From Macrostomum lignano (Eukaryota): DNA of 64,000 bases. Position numbers and translations under genes: made by a program. Positions 25,101-38,500 of the stretch are shown one piece after another. The notes beneath the pieces were generated by a model, which saw only the letters and a list, made by a program, of their open reading frames with translations, did no database searches and was not told where the DNA came from. Each line of letters opens with the position of its first letter. Positions within the stretch are counted from its first letter, which is position 1. The stretch lies in the NCBI GenBank assembly GCA_002269645.1, contig NIVC01000821.1, positions 1-64,000 on the forward strand. The letters are read 5' to 3'.

Positions 25101-27809
25101 CAGTGCTTTCAAACAGTTTGCCACAATCTACGCTCGTACGCTCGAAGCAACAATGAATTCATCACTCGGTTGGCAGCTCGAAATTGAGATAGAATAATGA
25201 GATAGATTTAGCTATATCTGAGCTAAGGAAATGCCGTCACAAAGATTGGTCAGGGGTTGCAATAGGGATGTTTACCGCTCAGCTGGCAGCGATCACTCAG
25301 TGATTGGTCAGGGTTCGCGATAGGGATGTTTACAGCTCAGTTGGCAGCGATCACTCAGTGATTGGTCAGGGTTCGCGATAGGGATGTTTACAGCTCAGCT
25401 GGCAGCAATCACTCAGTGATTGGTCAGGGTTCGCGATAGGGATGTTTACAGCTCAGCTGGCAGCGATCACTCAGTGATTGGTCAGGGTTCGCGATAGGGA
25501 TGTTTACAGCTCAGCTGGCAGCGATCACTCAGTGATTGGTCAGGGTTCGCGATAGGGATGTTTACAGCTCAGCTGGCAGCAATCACTCAGTGATTGGTCA
25601 GGGTTCGCGATAGGGATGTTTACAGCTCAGCTGGCAGCGATCACTCAGTGATTGGTCAGGGTTCGCGATAGGGATGTTTACAGCTCAGCTGGCAGCAATC
25701 ACTCAGTGATTGGTCAGGGTTCGCGATAGGGATGTTTACAGCTCAGCTTGCAGCGATCACTCAGTGATTGGTCAGGGTTCGCGATAGGGATGTTTACAGC
25801 TCAGCTGGCAGCAATCACTCAGTGATTGGTCAGGGTTCGCGATAGGGATGTTTACAGCTCAGCTTGCAGCGATCACTCAGTGATTGGTCAGGGTTCGCGA
25901 TAGGGATGTTTACAGCTCAGCTGGCAGCAATCACTCAGTGATTGGTCAGGGTTCGCGATAGGGATGTTTACAGCTCAGCTGGCAGCAATCACTCAGTGAT
26001 TGGTCAGGGTTCGCGATAGGGATGTTTACAGCTCAGCTGGCAGCGATCACTCAGTAAGTGCTCGGCCAACACGGCTGCAACTCATCCCTGCATCTCGGCT
26101 ACTCACTGATGCAGCCTCCGCCGCACAGCCTGGCCGGCAGTCCCGCCTCTCCGGCCGCTCCGAGCGCCAGTCCCGGCCTGACGCAGGCCTGCAAATGAGA
26201 TGGGGATGAGGAGGAGGCTGAGCATGACTTCTCCATCAGGCCTGGCACGGATCCGAGTTCGGCCTCATAGAGGCTTCCCTGGGTTCGCTACAGCGACTGA
26301 CTACACCTCCCTCAGTCTCCCCTGCCCTCTTCCTCTCGGCTCATCATCGCTGCAGTTTGCTCAGCATCCTCCCTCAGTCTCCGTTTGCCTGGGGTTTTCT
26401 GTTACGGAAAGTCGATCTGTTTGAGAGAAGAGAAAACGTACAGGATTGCAGCAGCTTTGTTCTTCGGCGCTCGCAGAAGCTCGCCGATGAAGCAGGGGAG
26501 TAGCGCACGGGAAATTATCCCGAATCCCACATCCCGGCTGTGCCGGAAGGCCCTCTTCGGCTGGGGATCGCAAAAGTGCGTTCGACGGCCCACGCGTCGG
26601 CTCGCACTGTTCCTACGGCCCGAGTTGCAGGGAGGTGGCGGATACTCTTTAAACCACTCTCTAGTTCTGTGCCTCATCCCTCACTGCGCAAAGACAAGCA
26701 TAAAAGTATTAGCAAGAGCCAAGTAATTCTTTGAAAGAGGATGCAGCAAAAGGAAAAATCATGGAAGATCTACTCGTATACAAAAAGGCCGATGCTTGCC
26801 ATCAGGGCATGCCTGGTCTAGTTTGACTACAATAGATTGACCACTTTATTCCTGACCCCCAAATGGCGAGCTGCATTATAGGCATCTAAGGCTCGAATAG
26901 CTACAAGATTGCTATTAAGTCGTATGTTGGTAAAGGATCTGGTACCCCGCTAATGCATTTGTGCCGAAGAGCCGTTTTCACCAAAGCTGTTTCTATTTTT
27001 ACCAGCAAAGTTCTTGCAGGGCGATCAGCCGCGTGGCCGCGGAACTCACGGAGATTCCAAAGCCGGCCAGAGCGGCAGCCGCGGTCAGCTGGTAGGCCCT
27101 GACGGGCCAGGGGAGGCGCAGATACAGCTGCTCGCTGTGCCCCAAGATCTGGCTGAGCTTCGACCGGTGCACGTCGCCGTCGTCCGTCTCGCCAACACCA
27201 AGCAGCTTCCGGGTTTTCAGTCGGCTCTGCAGATCGCCGCAGCTGTCTTTCCTGAGCGGCAGGTTGGGGGGAGTCCGGCTTTCAGGTAGGCGTCAAACTC
27301 AGAACACTGGAGTGAGGTCAAGTCAGTCACGCCACTGCACAGCCATAATCAGCAAACCACTGCTCAGCAGCAAGAAATAAATTCAGGTTTTGACAGGCCA
27401 CCTGTTCGAAGGCCGAGCAGCAGGTTGCCCCCGCAGGTGCACCGACTGCAGCTATAGAAGACTAATTATAACCTTTGCAGGAGATGCTTTCAGTTGAGTT
27501 GCATGGCTCCGCTTTGCTCAAGGATATTATTATTGAATGCTGCATTGACTGCAGCAAGGTGACTCGCAGAGCATTGACTCATGCAATAGGCAGGCTGTTT
27601 AACTAATTAAAATCTTGGAATGCAAACTCTTGGAATTTTACGAAACAGGATGCAAAAGATGATGAAGCAAAGCCTCACTTCTCCAGCTTCCGTATTCCCG
27701 CCAGACGGTTTGATGAGGCTGGTGATGATGCGGCAGGAACTGATGATTTCTCATCCCTCTCAGATTTCTCCAGCCTCCCCTGCTGCTCAGAAGACGGTCC
27801 CGAGTCCAT
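22200..27809 (-). CDS. TP53I11: TP53I11-like, right copy
   Basis: Mirror exons 27809-27679, 27278-27050, 26188-26107, 24725-24624, 22453-22200. The last exon has a compensating +1/-1 indel pair relative to the left copy. Confidence 0.88.
22537..23000. repeat. Mirror copy of the 33-bp repeat
   Basis: Reverse complement of 20325-20788. Confidence 0.92.
23537..24477. repeat. Mirror copy of the C/T-rich minisatellite
   Basis: Reverse complement of 18850-19790. Confidence 0.9.
25245..26056. repeat. Mirror copy of the 58-bp array, same length and variant order
   Basis: Coordinates on both sides of the array sum to the same 43327. Confidence 0.95.
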
Positions 27810-29361
27810 TGCCCAGACTTGTTGATGAAGAGGTCTGTTTGACTTCACCGCACCGAGTCTCTCCGAGTCTCCTGTGCCTTTCAACTTTAATCAGTGCAGG
27901 CCCTGACTTAAGGCGTGGGGAGACAGAGGGAGCGGGGAAGACGGGAAGCAACTGGGTGGACGGTGGGCAGGGGAGGCGAGGAAGGGATCGAATGGGGATT
28001 TGCTGCACAGCTGCAGTGCTCAAAGTGCTGGATCTGGCCACTCTCACCTAGAAGCTTATGGAAAACAATGCCAGTCAGGAACCCCCGAGTTGCTTGAGCT
28101 CGCACTCTGTGAAGCAGGAAGTGTGGCCCCCTAGTTAGACAGCGCTTCAAGCATTTTCCAGTCCACAGAAGATTAAAGCAGAGCATTAGCGGCTTGCCGG
28201 AGAAAGGCGGGAGACAGGCGGGTGTACAGTTGCATCGCAAGGCAAAACCTCAAAGCAGTGAAGGATGAGAGGACAGCCTGAGCAGGAGAGCAATGGGGGA
28301 GCCTGCACGAGGGTCGCACTGGCTAAAAACCCCGGGAGCCAACTCGTGGCGCGAGCAAAATGCACTTCGGCCAATAGATTCTCCCCTAGCAGAAGCTAAT
28401 CACTAGACTAGCAATCACCAAGGACGGCAATTTATCCCTGAAACCCTCGCTTGACAAGAGGATAGGAGCCCGTAAAATTAAAATTAGTACCCTACAAGAC
28501 GAAGTGCTGAAGGTTCGGTGAAATCCATGCAGACGCAATTTCTAAGAAGCCCAGCGCCAATTCGATACTCGGCCAGACTCGCCGAACAAACTCAGGGCTG
28601 AAAATCAGCCCCAACCAGTTTTACTGCGGCATTCAGCCAATTGTCTACTGTTAGTAGTTTGACTGACAAAGATGCAAACTGCTCGTCAAACTTTCACAGC
28701 TGACCAAATCAGTGCGGTTGAATTAGCTGAAAATTTAACTGCTATCAGCACTAATTGGGCCAGCTGGAGTTTCCAGTCCCTGACAAATGGCATCAAGTAC
28801 GCTCGCACTCAGCGGTCAAGCATAGAGTTTGTAGCCTCCACATCTATCTATATGAGGCGGTTCATTGTCGCTTGTTAGAAGAGGGTCTGAGGGGTGCTGA
28901 GTGAGCTGAGTTGACCAGCAGAATGAGGTCAGGGCTGAGAGGCACTTTGCCTTGCGACTGATTCTACACCCTTTCCCTTGATAGACATTCTCTCCGCCGC
29001 TTGAGTGGAAGACTTTACATTGTCCTGTGGTCATTGTGACCAGAATCCACTGCGCCGCTGTGCTGCCAGTGTGCACCGCGCTGCCGTGCAGCTCTGATGC
29101 AGAAGAATGCTTTGCTCAGGGCGTGTCTCTCTCTCTGCGTGGGGGCCCCGTGTGCGGCTGGGGCCTCGCATTTCTTCACTGTCTTAGTTCGCTATAAAAA
29201 TTGCACATTCGCCATTTCTTCTGCCTGTTTTAAATCTGCTCGCAGCTGCTTTCTGACGTCAGCTGAGTTTTAAATTGGCAGCTCAAGTCCGTGACATCAG
29301 CGACAGCCAGCACTTCTGCAGTTGCAGTTCCCTGAGCTGCGTCCGTCGGCATCAGTTCAAC

Positions 29362-32300
29362 ATGTTGAGTCGTCTGTTGGACGCAACGCCATTTCGTAAG
29401 TGCAGCAGCAAAGTGCCTTAGAAAAATTTGCTGTAAAATATCCAACTCTGCTGGACTCGAGCAGCCAAGGGCTCGACCTAATCTTTATTCCTAATCTTTA
29501 AAAATGTCCCTCTGAGTATTTGTCATTGCGCTGAAGGTCTCGAAGGTCCGTTGTCCAAGCGATGATGATAGACCATCGGTTCAGATCCGAACCCGTGTAT
29601 GAGCTAGCTTTGACACCTTAGAAGACTTATCCGAATTCTTTAGCTGAACAAAATTTTCTAATAAAAATCTCACGTTTATTAAAGGAATCATTGACCATCG
29701 CTAGCATCTGAGTATTGTAGAATTGAAAGTTGCTTGAACCAAACTAAGGATTACTCGGAACATTTCACTGTATTGTGTCTGCATTCAGAAGGGAAACTTT
29801 TTAAATGTTGGAAAAACTAGTGAGTGCTGTAACCGCTACAGCCCAAATGTTGCCGATAGTGGCAAATCATTTACGAATCATGTACGAATCATGTACGAAT
29901 CATGTACGGTCCAAATGGCTCGCAGGTCGTCCCCGGCCGCCGGAGGAAGCGCAGCTGGAGGAATCTGACGGTTCGGAGGCAGAGGCGGACGCTGCGGAAG
30001 AAGAGGAATTCAGAGATTCCGCAGACGAAATTTCGCTGGACGAAGAGGAGGCGGAGGCTGCCCGACAAAAGCTGGGCTCCTTGGACTTCCGCCAAAACGA
30101 ACTTATGGACGGCGATCAGGTTTCACTTGACGACAACGCCAGCGCCTTCAGTGGCAGCGGACTGGATGAAGCAATGGATGAAGAGGCGTCTGCAGTGGCC
30201 TTCGCAGCCTGGGAGTCGAGGGACCGACAGCCTCTGCTGGCGGCTGCGGCGGCTGCGGCGAGCGACACGAGCGGTGACATCGATCTAGAGGAGGATGACA
30301 ACGAGGAGGAAGAAGACTTCGCCCCTCGCTTTGGTGGCGGCGACTTTATCGGCAGCTACCGTGGTGGCTTCAGCAGCGGCCTCGGCGGCGGATTCTCCGG
30401 TCCTGCAGGCGTTTTCAACCCGGGCTTCGTTGATGACGAGATCGGAGGGATGGGGGCGGCAGCAGGCGCAGAGGCTGACGATGAAGAGCAGTTCCCAGAT
30501 GGCGAGGAAAATTTTGACGAGGCGGAGGAGTACCAAGAAGACGAGGAGGAGGAGGAATACGATGAAGATGGCGACGCGGACTTTGAGGGGGAAGACGAGG
30601 ACGACGACGAGGATGAGGGCTGCTTCGGGGCGGATGCGATTTCAGCTGGTGCTGGAACCAGTCTGGTATGGGTCCACAGAGGGTTCTTTATCACGGATTG
30701 CACGCATGTCCCCATTGTGCACATGTCCCATCGCTCATACGAGCCGCATGTCCGCTAATAGCACAGATCCAAAATCGCAAGCATAACCGCAACTTAACTT
30801 CCTTCAGAACGAGGCGCCAGCCCAGCGGCCAATGCCAAAAATCGTTGGGTATCTGGAAGCCGAGATGAAGCACGAGGCCAAAAGCCAGAGTCTCAACGTG
30901 CGCATTCTGCAGGTGGAGCTGAAAATGGCACTCACAAAGTTTCGCCGCAAAAGCAACAAGAAGATGCGCTGGTCGATGCTGCAAGTCTGCGCCACACTGC
31001 TCCCTGACAAAGTGCTCACTTTCCGCACTCCCATGGTGGAGCACGAGGACCCGAAGAAAAAGAAGCTTCAGACTCTGACGGCAGCCACCGCCGCTGCAGA
31101 AGCCCGAGACAAAGAGGGCGAGGTGGACAAGAGTAAGGACGGCGGCCAGGACAAGGAAAAGAAGTCTAAGGACAAGGACAAGAAGAAGGACAAGAAAAAG
31201 GATGAGGCTACAAAAGCCGAGGCCGGCAAGTCGGGCAATACAGCAAAGCAGGCGGTGAAGATCGGCAAGCTGAGCATCCCAAGGCTGCCTGGCAAGTCTA
31301 AGCCCAAAGAAGAGGTCGCGGCGGGCGCCGCAGCGGAGAGGAACAGCAAGAAGTCGGTGCTGGCGGGCATCGCGGCGCGGAAGGCGGCGCAGCAGCAGCA
31401 GCAGCAGGAGCGGCGGGAGCAGCACCGGCAGCAGCAGCTGGCCATGAAGGAGCGGCAGAGGCAGGAGCGGCTGAAGCGGCGGCAGGTGGCGGCGGATGCC
31501 AATAAGCCAATGGACGAGCCGCTGAAGGACGTGACGAAGTTCGGGAAGGAGGAGACCGAAGAGGAGAAGGCAGCCAAGAAGGCGGGCTTGAAGCAGCCAC
31601 AGGAGGACGACGACAAGGATTTGTTCAAATTTGCACCGATCTCTAAAGGTGAGAACTGAGTGCTCCTGGCGTCAGGGACTGGGCAGTCTTAACAGTAGAA
31701 AGACTTTGGGGGTGTATTTCAAATACACATTTTTCTTTGACAATACACACATTTGAAATACACACATATACACACATTTGCTGGAACTAGAGCAATGCAG
31801 GTTTGAAATCCAGTATTTGGGAGCTGGGACAGGGGCAGTGCGGATTTGGGAGCTTGTTCAGCACACCTTACAATAAAAAAGAGCAAACAATCCACTCTGC
31901 AGAGAAGAACCTAGTCAAGAACCCTCAGCAAGCGCTGGCCATTCGTTTCCGGCTGTATGGTTGCTGGCGAAAGAAGCGTAGCTTTCTGCTCGGTGAAAAC
32001 ACATTTGCTCTGGAGAAGATGGCGGAGGCGCTGCAGACCTCAGACAAGGTGAGACAGAACCGCTTCCGGCTGCAGCTGGAGGAGCGCCGGTTCGCAATTT
32101 CCAAGGTGAGGCAGAGGAAAATCCTGCTAGAATGTTTTTACACGCGAGTAAAAAAGCGTTTTACCGTGCTGACTTGATCCTTAAATTTTGAATTGCAGCT
32201 GAAGCATCTGTCAGACTCTGATGTGAGTTCTATACCAAAGAAAATTGCATTTTTACAAAGCTTTTTGCGGTAGTTACATGTATAGCTTGAATTTCCCCAC

Positions 32301-33434
32301 AATGCAAAGCCAAGGGTCCTGCTGGTGGTCCTTTTGCGAAGCCAGTGTGATGGCAATTTACCACTGAGCACACAATAGCGATGCCTACTGCCTGTCTTGG
32401 GAAGTAGCCTTTTATGAGCTACCATGTAAATTAAAAAACTCACAGATCAGCAATCGTGCGCGAGCCCCAAATTAAGGAATTGTCGGCGCAAAGCTCGGGT
32501 GCCGCTCCACCACTCCTGGCTCTTAAATTTGAGATTGAAGCGTAGATTGTAAAGCCCCGAGACTTCCAGCTGAATCCCTAGCGGTTCAAGGACACACTGA
32601 ATGTCAGGATAAAGGCAGAACCGGAAGCCAATTGTTTTTGTTGCAGGAAGAGCTTGAGCAGCAAAAGGCGTCTGCCAAGGCGCAGAAGAAGTCGGCAAAG
32701 GATTCGGTCGACGCGCTGCTGCTGCCGCCTCCAACGGAGGGCCCGGCACTGGTGAGCCAGCCAGAGCTGTTCCTGGGCCTGGCGTACAACCAGGTGAACG
32801 GCCACCTCCAAGTGGCCATTGTGAAGGCCTGCAACCTGCGAAACCCGAAGTCGGACCGGCCTCCGAGTGAGTTGTTGATAGATATATTGACCAACATCTT
32901 CTGTAATTTCGATGGCACAAGTTGATGCCAGCTCTAATGCTGATCGGTTGTGGAGCTTTTAACAGGCAATTCACAAAAACACGCGCCGTCCATCCCGCAG
33001 CCGCGTTCACGAAGGTGCAGCTGCTGTGGGGTCTCAGCAAGGATAGCCCCGTGTTGTTCCGCTCCAAGACGCTGTCCATCCCGTATAGCCCCAACCCGGA
33101 GTGGTACGAAACTTTTGAGTATCCGGTGAGCCGCGCCCACCTTGACGACGTCTCCGTGATGGTGAAGGTGTACTGCAAGCACACCCTGAGCCGAACAGTC
33201 ACTATTGGCTGGTGCTCGGTCGGTAAGTACAGCTGGGCCTACTGCAAAATAGCATTGGTTCAGCCGTCATGAAGCCACATGAACACCTTGCCCTCAGGCC
33301 GGAACAACTGCAGCGAAGAGGCTCTGGATCACTGGGGCGACATGCGCGACTCAAAAGGCGAACAGATCTGCAACTGGCACGTGCTGCTCAAGGTCAGCAA
33401 GGAGAAGACCGAGGGACAGCTGGACAGCGACTGA
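29362..33434 (+). CDS. SYT16: Synaptotagmin-14/16 family tandem-C2 protein (SYT16-like), right copy
   Basis: Exons 29362-29395, 29926-30665, 30808-31648, 31903-32105, 32647-32866, 33001-33222, 33298-33434. Same structure as the left copy with a few amino-acid differences (PDSPNP/PYSPNP, WCTVG/WCSVG, RLLLEE/RLQLEE, SGDTAK/SGNTAK). Confidence 0.85.
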
Positions 33435-35111
33435 AGCCGCCATGCAGCTCAGAGTCGCTTTTGAGACCGCCTGACTGAGGGGAATACAAGCTAAGTCTAC
33501 CTGGGAAGCAAAAAGCCAATCTGCAGCGCTCCCTGAAGTTACGAGGCGCTACACTAAAATGCCCAGGGAGTTTAAAATCTTTTCCGAGATGTTCGACGGT
33601 ATTTTGCTATTGCGTTTCTAATGCGACTCTGAGGCGCCTCCAGAGCTCAAGCAGACAGAGAATAAAGTGTTTAAAATGCCGCTTAAATGCCCAAACTGTC
33701 TACCCAAAAGAAACCCGACAGCAATCACAAAAGACTCGATTGCATTTTGCTGTACAACGGAAATAACTAAAAGCAAACAATCACAACACAATGCAAATAA
33801 GGCCGGGGTCCCCATAACTTTCCCTGAATATGCAGTGTAGCATCGGTGAGTGAATTTTCCCCCAAGTTGCAAGGTATAACCCAGGCAGAAGTAAAATACT
33901 TGTACAAAATGCAGTTCCGCATAGCTGATAACGTACCCGCGTAATAAAAATTTTCCCTGTAATATGCGCGCTTAAATAAACCGGCAAATCTACTTGTCCC
34001 TCGTAATTAGCAACGCAGCAATTACAAAAGGGCTGACTGTGTGAATTTTAATTTGGCATTGAGCCACCAAAGCGCAAGGACCTCTAGCTAAGATGCAGCA
34101 CGGATTAAGTCTTCAAAAAAGCAGCGCGAGCATTTCTGGAAGAACACAGACTGCGCCAAGCCTATCAGAATGCTTTCTGGCTGAACTGGCGCCTAAAAGT
34201 TTTATATTTAATCAGAATACAAATCAAACGAACGAAGCCTAAGTACGCTAATTACTACTTTCAGTAGGGTTTATTTACTGATATAAGAAAAAACTGCAAG
34301 GGCTTTTTTATCATGGGATAAGAAACACTGGACACAACAAATACAAGTCAGCGTTCGAACGATCCATCGAAAGAGAAATTAAAAGTGCACGAACTGCTAA
34401 GTCAGGTAGACAGAGAAAACGCTTTGGAGACATCACTACTGTAACAATGGGGTGCAGCAAAATACAGAAATTCTATAAACTCTTCTAAATTCGAAAACTC
34501 GCCCACAGCCAGCCATAAAACGAATCCCCAATTGTCTGCAGCAATGGCTGAATAGCTGGAATGCCAGCGCCTTGCAGTAGCGGCTATGGGCGAGCAGAAC
34601 ACAAAAGCTGGCAATGCAGTTTGCAAACACGCAAGCAGGTGCAAAAGAGTTTGCAGTCTCAGATTACAGGCAGTTACTCTCAGTAGCGAGTCAGATGTAA
34701 GCAGATACAAGAATGAAATCGTTGTGGAGCCTGCAGCCTGCCACTAGCTGGTATGTGGCAAATGGAACACTTGCTCTCATCTAATTGTCATCTGGTTGAG
34801 AAGCGAAAGACAGAAGATTGCCGGTGCGATCCGAAATCAGAGGGGCCGCAACAGTGACTCGCGTGTTTCACTGGGCAGGCATCAATTGCGGGGCTGAGTC
34901 TCACTAATCAGAATGAGCATGGCAGAGTAAAAACAAGCAGATAATAAGCATTCGTATGGGCGCCCACTGTCCGTTGCCACGGTGACCACCGCAACACCTA
35001 GAAATTGAAATGGAAATAGTCTGTAGGATTGCAGATTACCCACTGCGCAATTGCAAATCCACTATTTCAACACGGCCTCAAATACCCAGCTTAGTTGGTT
35101 TCCAACTGCTC

Positions 35112-35425
35112 TAGCACGGGTCCCAGCCACTTCAGCACGGGTCTCAGCCACTTCAGCACGGGTCTCAGCCACTTCAGCAGGGGTCCCAGCCACTTCAGCA
35201 CGGGTCTCAGCCACTTCAGCACGGGTCTCAGCCACTTCAGCAGGGGTCCCAGCCACTTCAGCACGGGTATCAGCCACTTCAGCACGGGTCTCAGCCACTT
35301 CAGCAGGGTCCCAGCCACTTCAGCACGGGTCTCAGCCACTTCATCACGGGTCTCAGCCACTTCAGCACGGGTCCCAGCCACTTCAGCACGGGTCCCAGCC
35401 ACTTCAGCACGGGTCCCAGCCACTT
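35112..35425. repeat. Right-arm version of the 21-bp repeat, about 15 units
   Basis: CCACTTCAGCACGGGTC(T/C)CAG units. Confidence 0.9.
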
Positions 35426-35543
35426 CTATCAGGGCCTTAACTACTTTAGTGAGTGTCAGCTACTTTGGTGGGGAGTGTCAGCCGACCTCCCTCCACAACG
35501 AAACTCCCCGAGTCGATGGCTCACCGACAGAAGCTCAGGTGGG

Positions 35544-38500
35544 CTACTGTGCAGGAAAACCGGCGGCGACCTCATCAACATCGGAGAAGATGCTGCGGCT
35601 GCTAGTGGACTCCGAGTCAGGGTCCGTCGGGCCACCGACGCCCACGCGGTCACTGCCGCCGGCCCAGGCGGTCACCAGCCGCTCGTACGACATCTTGGCG
35701 GCGCGCAGCAGGCAGAGATGGGCGCCAAACTGCAGCAGAAGGGCGCCAAAGCCGCGATAGAGGCTGACAGGCGACTCCAGGCGGACGGTGGTGACAAAGG
35801 CGTCCAGCAGGCCGGTGTGGGTGGTGCTGAGGGAGGCCACGCCGAGGCCGGTGTCCATGTTGTCGATGAGGGTGCGGGTGCCCTGCACGCACAGCCGGTG
35901 TGTGAGGGTCTCCAGCGGGAACAGCAGCAGGTCGGAGAGCAGGGCGCCAACAAAGCTGCTGAGCAGCTCGGGGTAGAAGCGCTCGTACAGCTCGGTGTCC
36001 ACCTGGGGGGGGGCAGTTGGATGACCTTGATTTGACGAATTAGCCAGGCTTACGGATTCAAACAATTAGAAGGCACCGACAACTGACTATTAGCCAGCTG
36101 AGCACCAGGGACCTCTGAATATTTGGACTGGGAGTCCATAATCTGACGAAGAGGTCAGCTTGAATTCCAAAATTACGCAATGAATACGGCGATAACTACA
36201 TTGAGTTACTTGTACCATCACGCATGGCGATAACTACATTGAGTTACTTGTACCATCACGCATGGCGATAACTACATTGAGTTACTTGTACCATCACGCA
36301 TGGCGATAACTACATTGAGTTACTTGTACCATCACGCATGGCGATAACTACATTGAGTTACTTGTACCATCACGCATGGCGATAACTACATTGAGTTACT
36401 TGTACCATCACGCATGGCGATAACTACATTGAGTTACTTGTACCATCACGCATGGCGATAACTACATTGAGTTACTTGTACCATCACGCATGGCGATAAC
36501 TACATTGAGTTACTTGTACCATCACGCATGGCGATAACTACATTGAGTACTTTTACCATCACACATGGCGATAACTATTCTACATTGAGTACTCTTACTA
36601 TCGTGCATAGCGATAAAAGTTTTGCGAGACAAATTATACGTAACTTTGGGAGCGATAATTCCAAGCTATGAGCTTCTATGCACCATAAAAGCTTTAAATT
36701 AGGACTATTTGCTCTTGATGAAGCGATTGTTCAAACTACATGGCCAAGCTGAATGCCAGCTCCAACTTGCTGTCGGCATCATTTCCGCCCGCCTAATTCA
36801 TCAATCCTGTGGATTAAATTCGGTACTTTGAGTCTGATGAGGGCGACGCACTACAAAGACAGCTGACTGGCATTCCCCATACAAATACCTCACAGTAACC
36901 TTCCCGCAAACAACGCTTCACTCCTCAAAGAAGCAGAATGGCAAGCTGGCCCTGCCACCTGGAATTCCAGGAATCGCCAGGGAATCCCAGGCTGTTGAGG
37001 ATGCGGCAGAGGGACTGCAGGAGAGGCCCAGTCTCACCTCGGTGCTGCGCCCGCGGTAGCCCCTGTAGCGAGCGGCCCGGTCGGTGGAGCCGTCCCGCTC
37101 GGCCGAGCGCATCACGGCGTAGTTGGCGAGCGCCCGGATTGCGTAGGAGGCGGCCCCCAGGCACACAACCGGCGGCACGAGCTTCCAGAACGGCAGCAGG
37201 TTAGAGGAGGCGGTCGGCGGGGTTGAGAACACCAGCAGGCGGGCCAGGCCCTCCTTCAGGCAGTCCAGGACGCCCGGACTGTCCGAGGCGATGTCCGACT
37301 GCACAGTTTCCACCAGAGAGGCTGCGTAGAATGGCGCCACGAGAGCCCAGGTGGCGGCCTTGAGGCAAAGGTGCTGAGCCAGCTTCTTTGCGGAGCTGTG
37401 CCGGTTCACCTCTCTGGTGGTGACGGGAAATTAGTGAGTGCGCCGCTTAGAAGCTGGGCTACCAAATAATCACCGTTTCTCTTGCTGTGAACCAATCACC
37501 TGCTAAGTAAGGGTATCACCTGCTAAGTAAGGGTATCACCTGCTAAGTAGGGTATCACCTGCTAAGTAGGGTATCACCTGCTAAGTAAGGGTATTACCTG
37601 CTAAAGGAAGGGTATCATCTGCTAAGGGAAGGGTATCACCTGCTAAAGGAAGGGTATCATCTGTTACGGGAAGGATATCACCTGCTAAGGGAAGGGTATC
37701 ACCTGCTAAGGGAAGGGTATCATCTGCTAAGTGAAGGGTATCATCTGCTAAGTGAAGGGTATCATCTGCTAAGTGAAGGGTATCATCTGCTAAGTGAAGG
37801 GTATCATCTGCTAAGTGAAGGGTATCACCTGCTAAGTGAAGGGTATCACCTGCTACTTGAAGGGTATCACCTGCTACTTAAAGGGTATCACCTGCTACTT
37901 AAAGGGTATTACCTGCTACTTGAAGGGTATCACCTGCTACTTAAAGGGTATCACCTGCTAAGGGAAGGGTATCACCTGCTAAGGGAAGGGTATCACCTGC
38001 TAAGGGAAGGGTATCACCTGCTAAGGGAAGGGTATCACCTGCTAGGGAAGGGTATCACCTGCTAAGGGAAGGGTATCACCTGCTAAGGGAAGGGTATCAT
38101 CTGCTAAGTGAAGGGTATCACCTGCTAAGTGAAGGGTATCACCTGCTACTTGAAGGGTATCACCTGCTACTTAAAGGGTATCACCTGCTACTTAAAGGGT
38201 ATTACCTGCTACTTGAAGGGTATCACCTGCTACTTAAAGGGTATCACCTGCTAAGGGAAGGGTATCACCTGCTAAGGGAAGGGTATCACCTGCTAAGGGA
38301 AGGGTATCACCTGCTAAGGGAAGGGTATCACCTGCTAGGGAAGGGTATCACCTGCTAAGGGAAGGGTATCACCTGCTAAGGGAAGGGTATCACCTGCTAA
38401 GGGAAGGGTATCACCTGCTAAGGGAAGGGTATCACCTGCTAGGGAAGGGTATCACCTGCTAAGGGAAGGGTATCACCTGCTAGGGAAGGGTATCACCTGC

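Noticed and set aside
29805-29925. ATG at 29805 as the synaptotagmin start (mirror 13521)
   Set aside because: The stretch contains a 3x 11-bp repeat and ends in a good CAG acceptor; a conserved phase-matched exon at 29362-29395 is a better start, though this is unproven.
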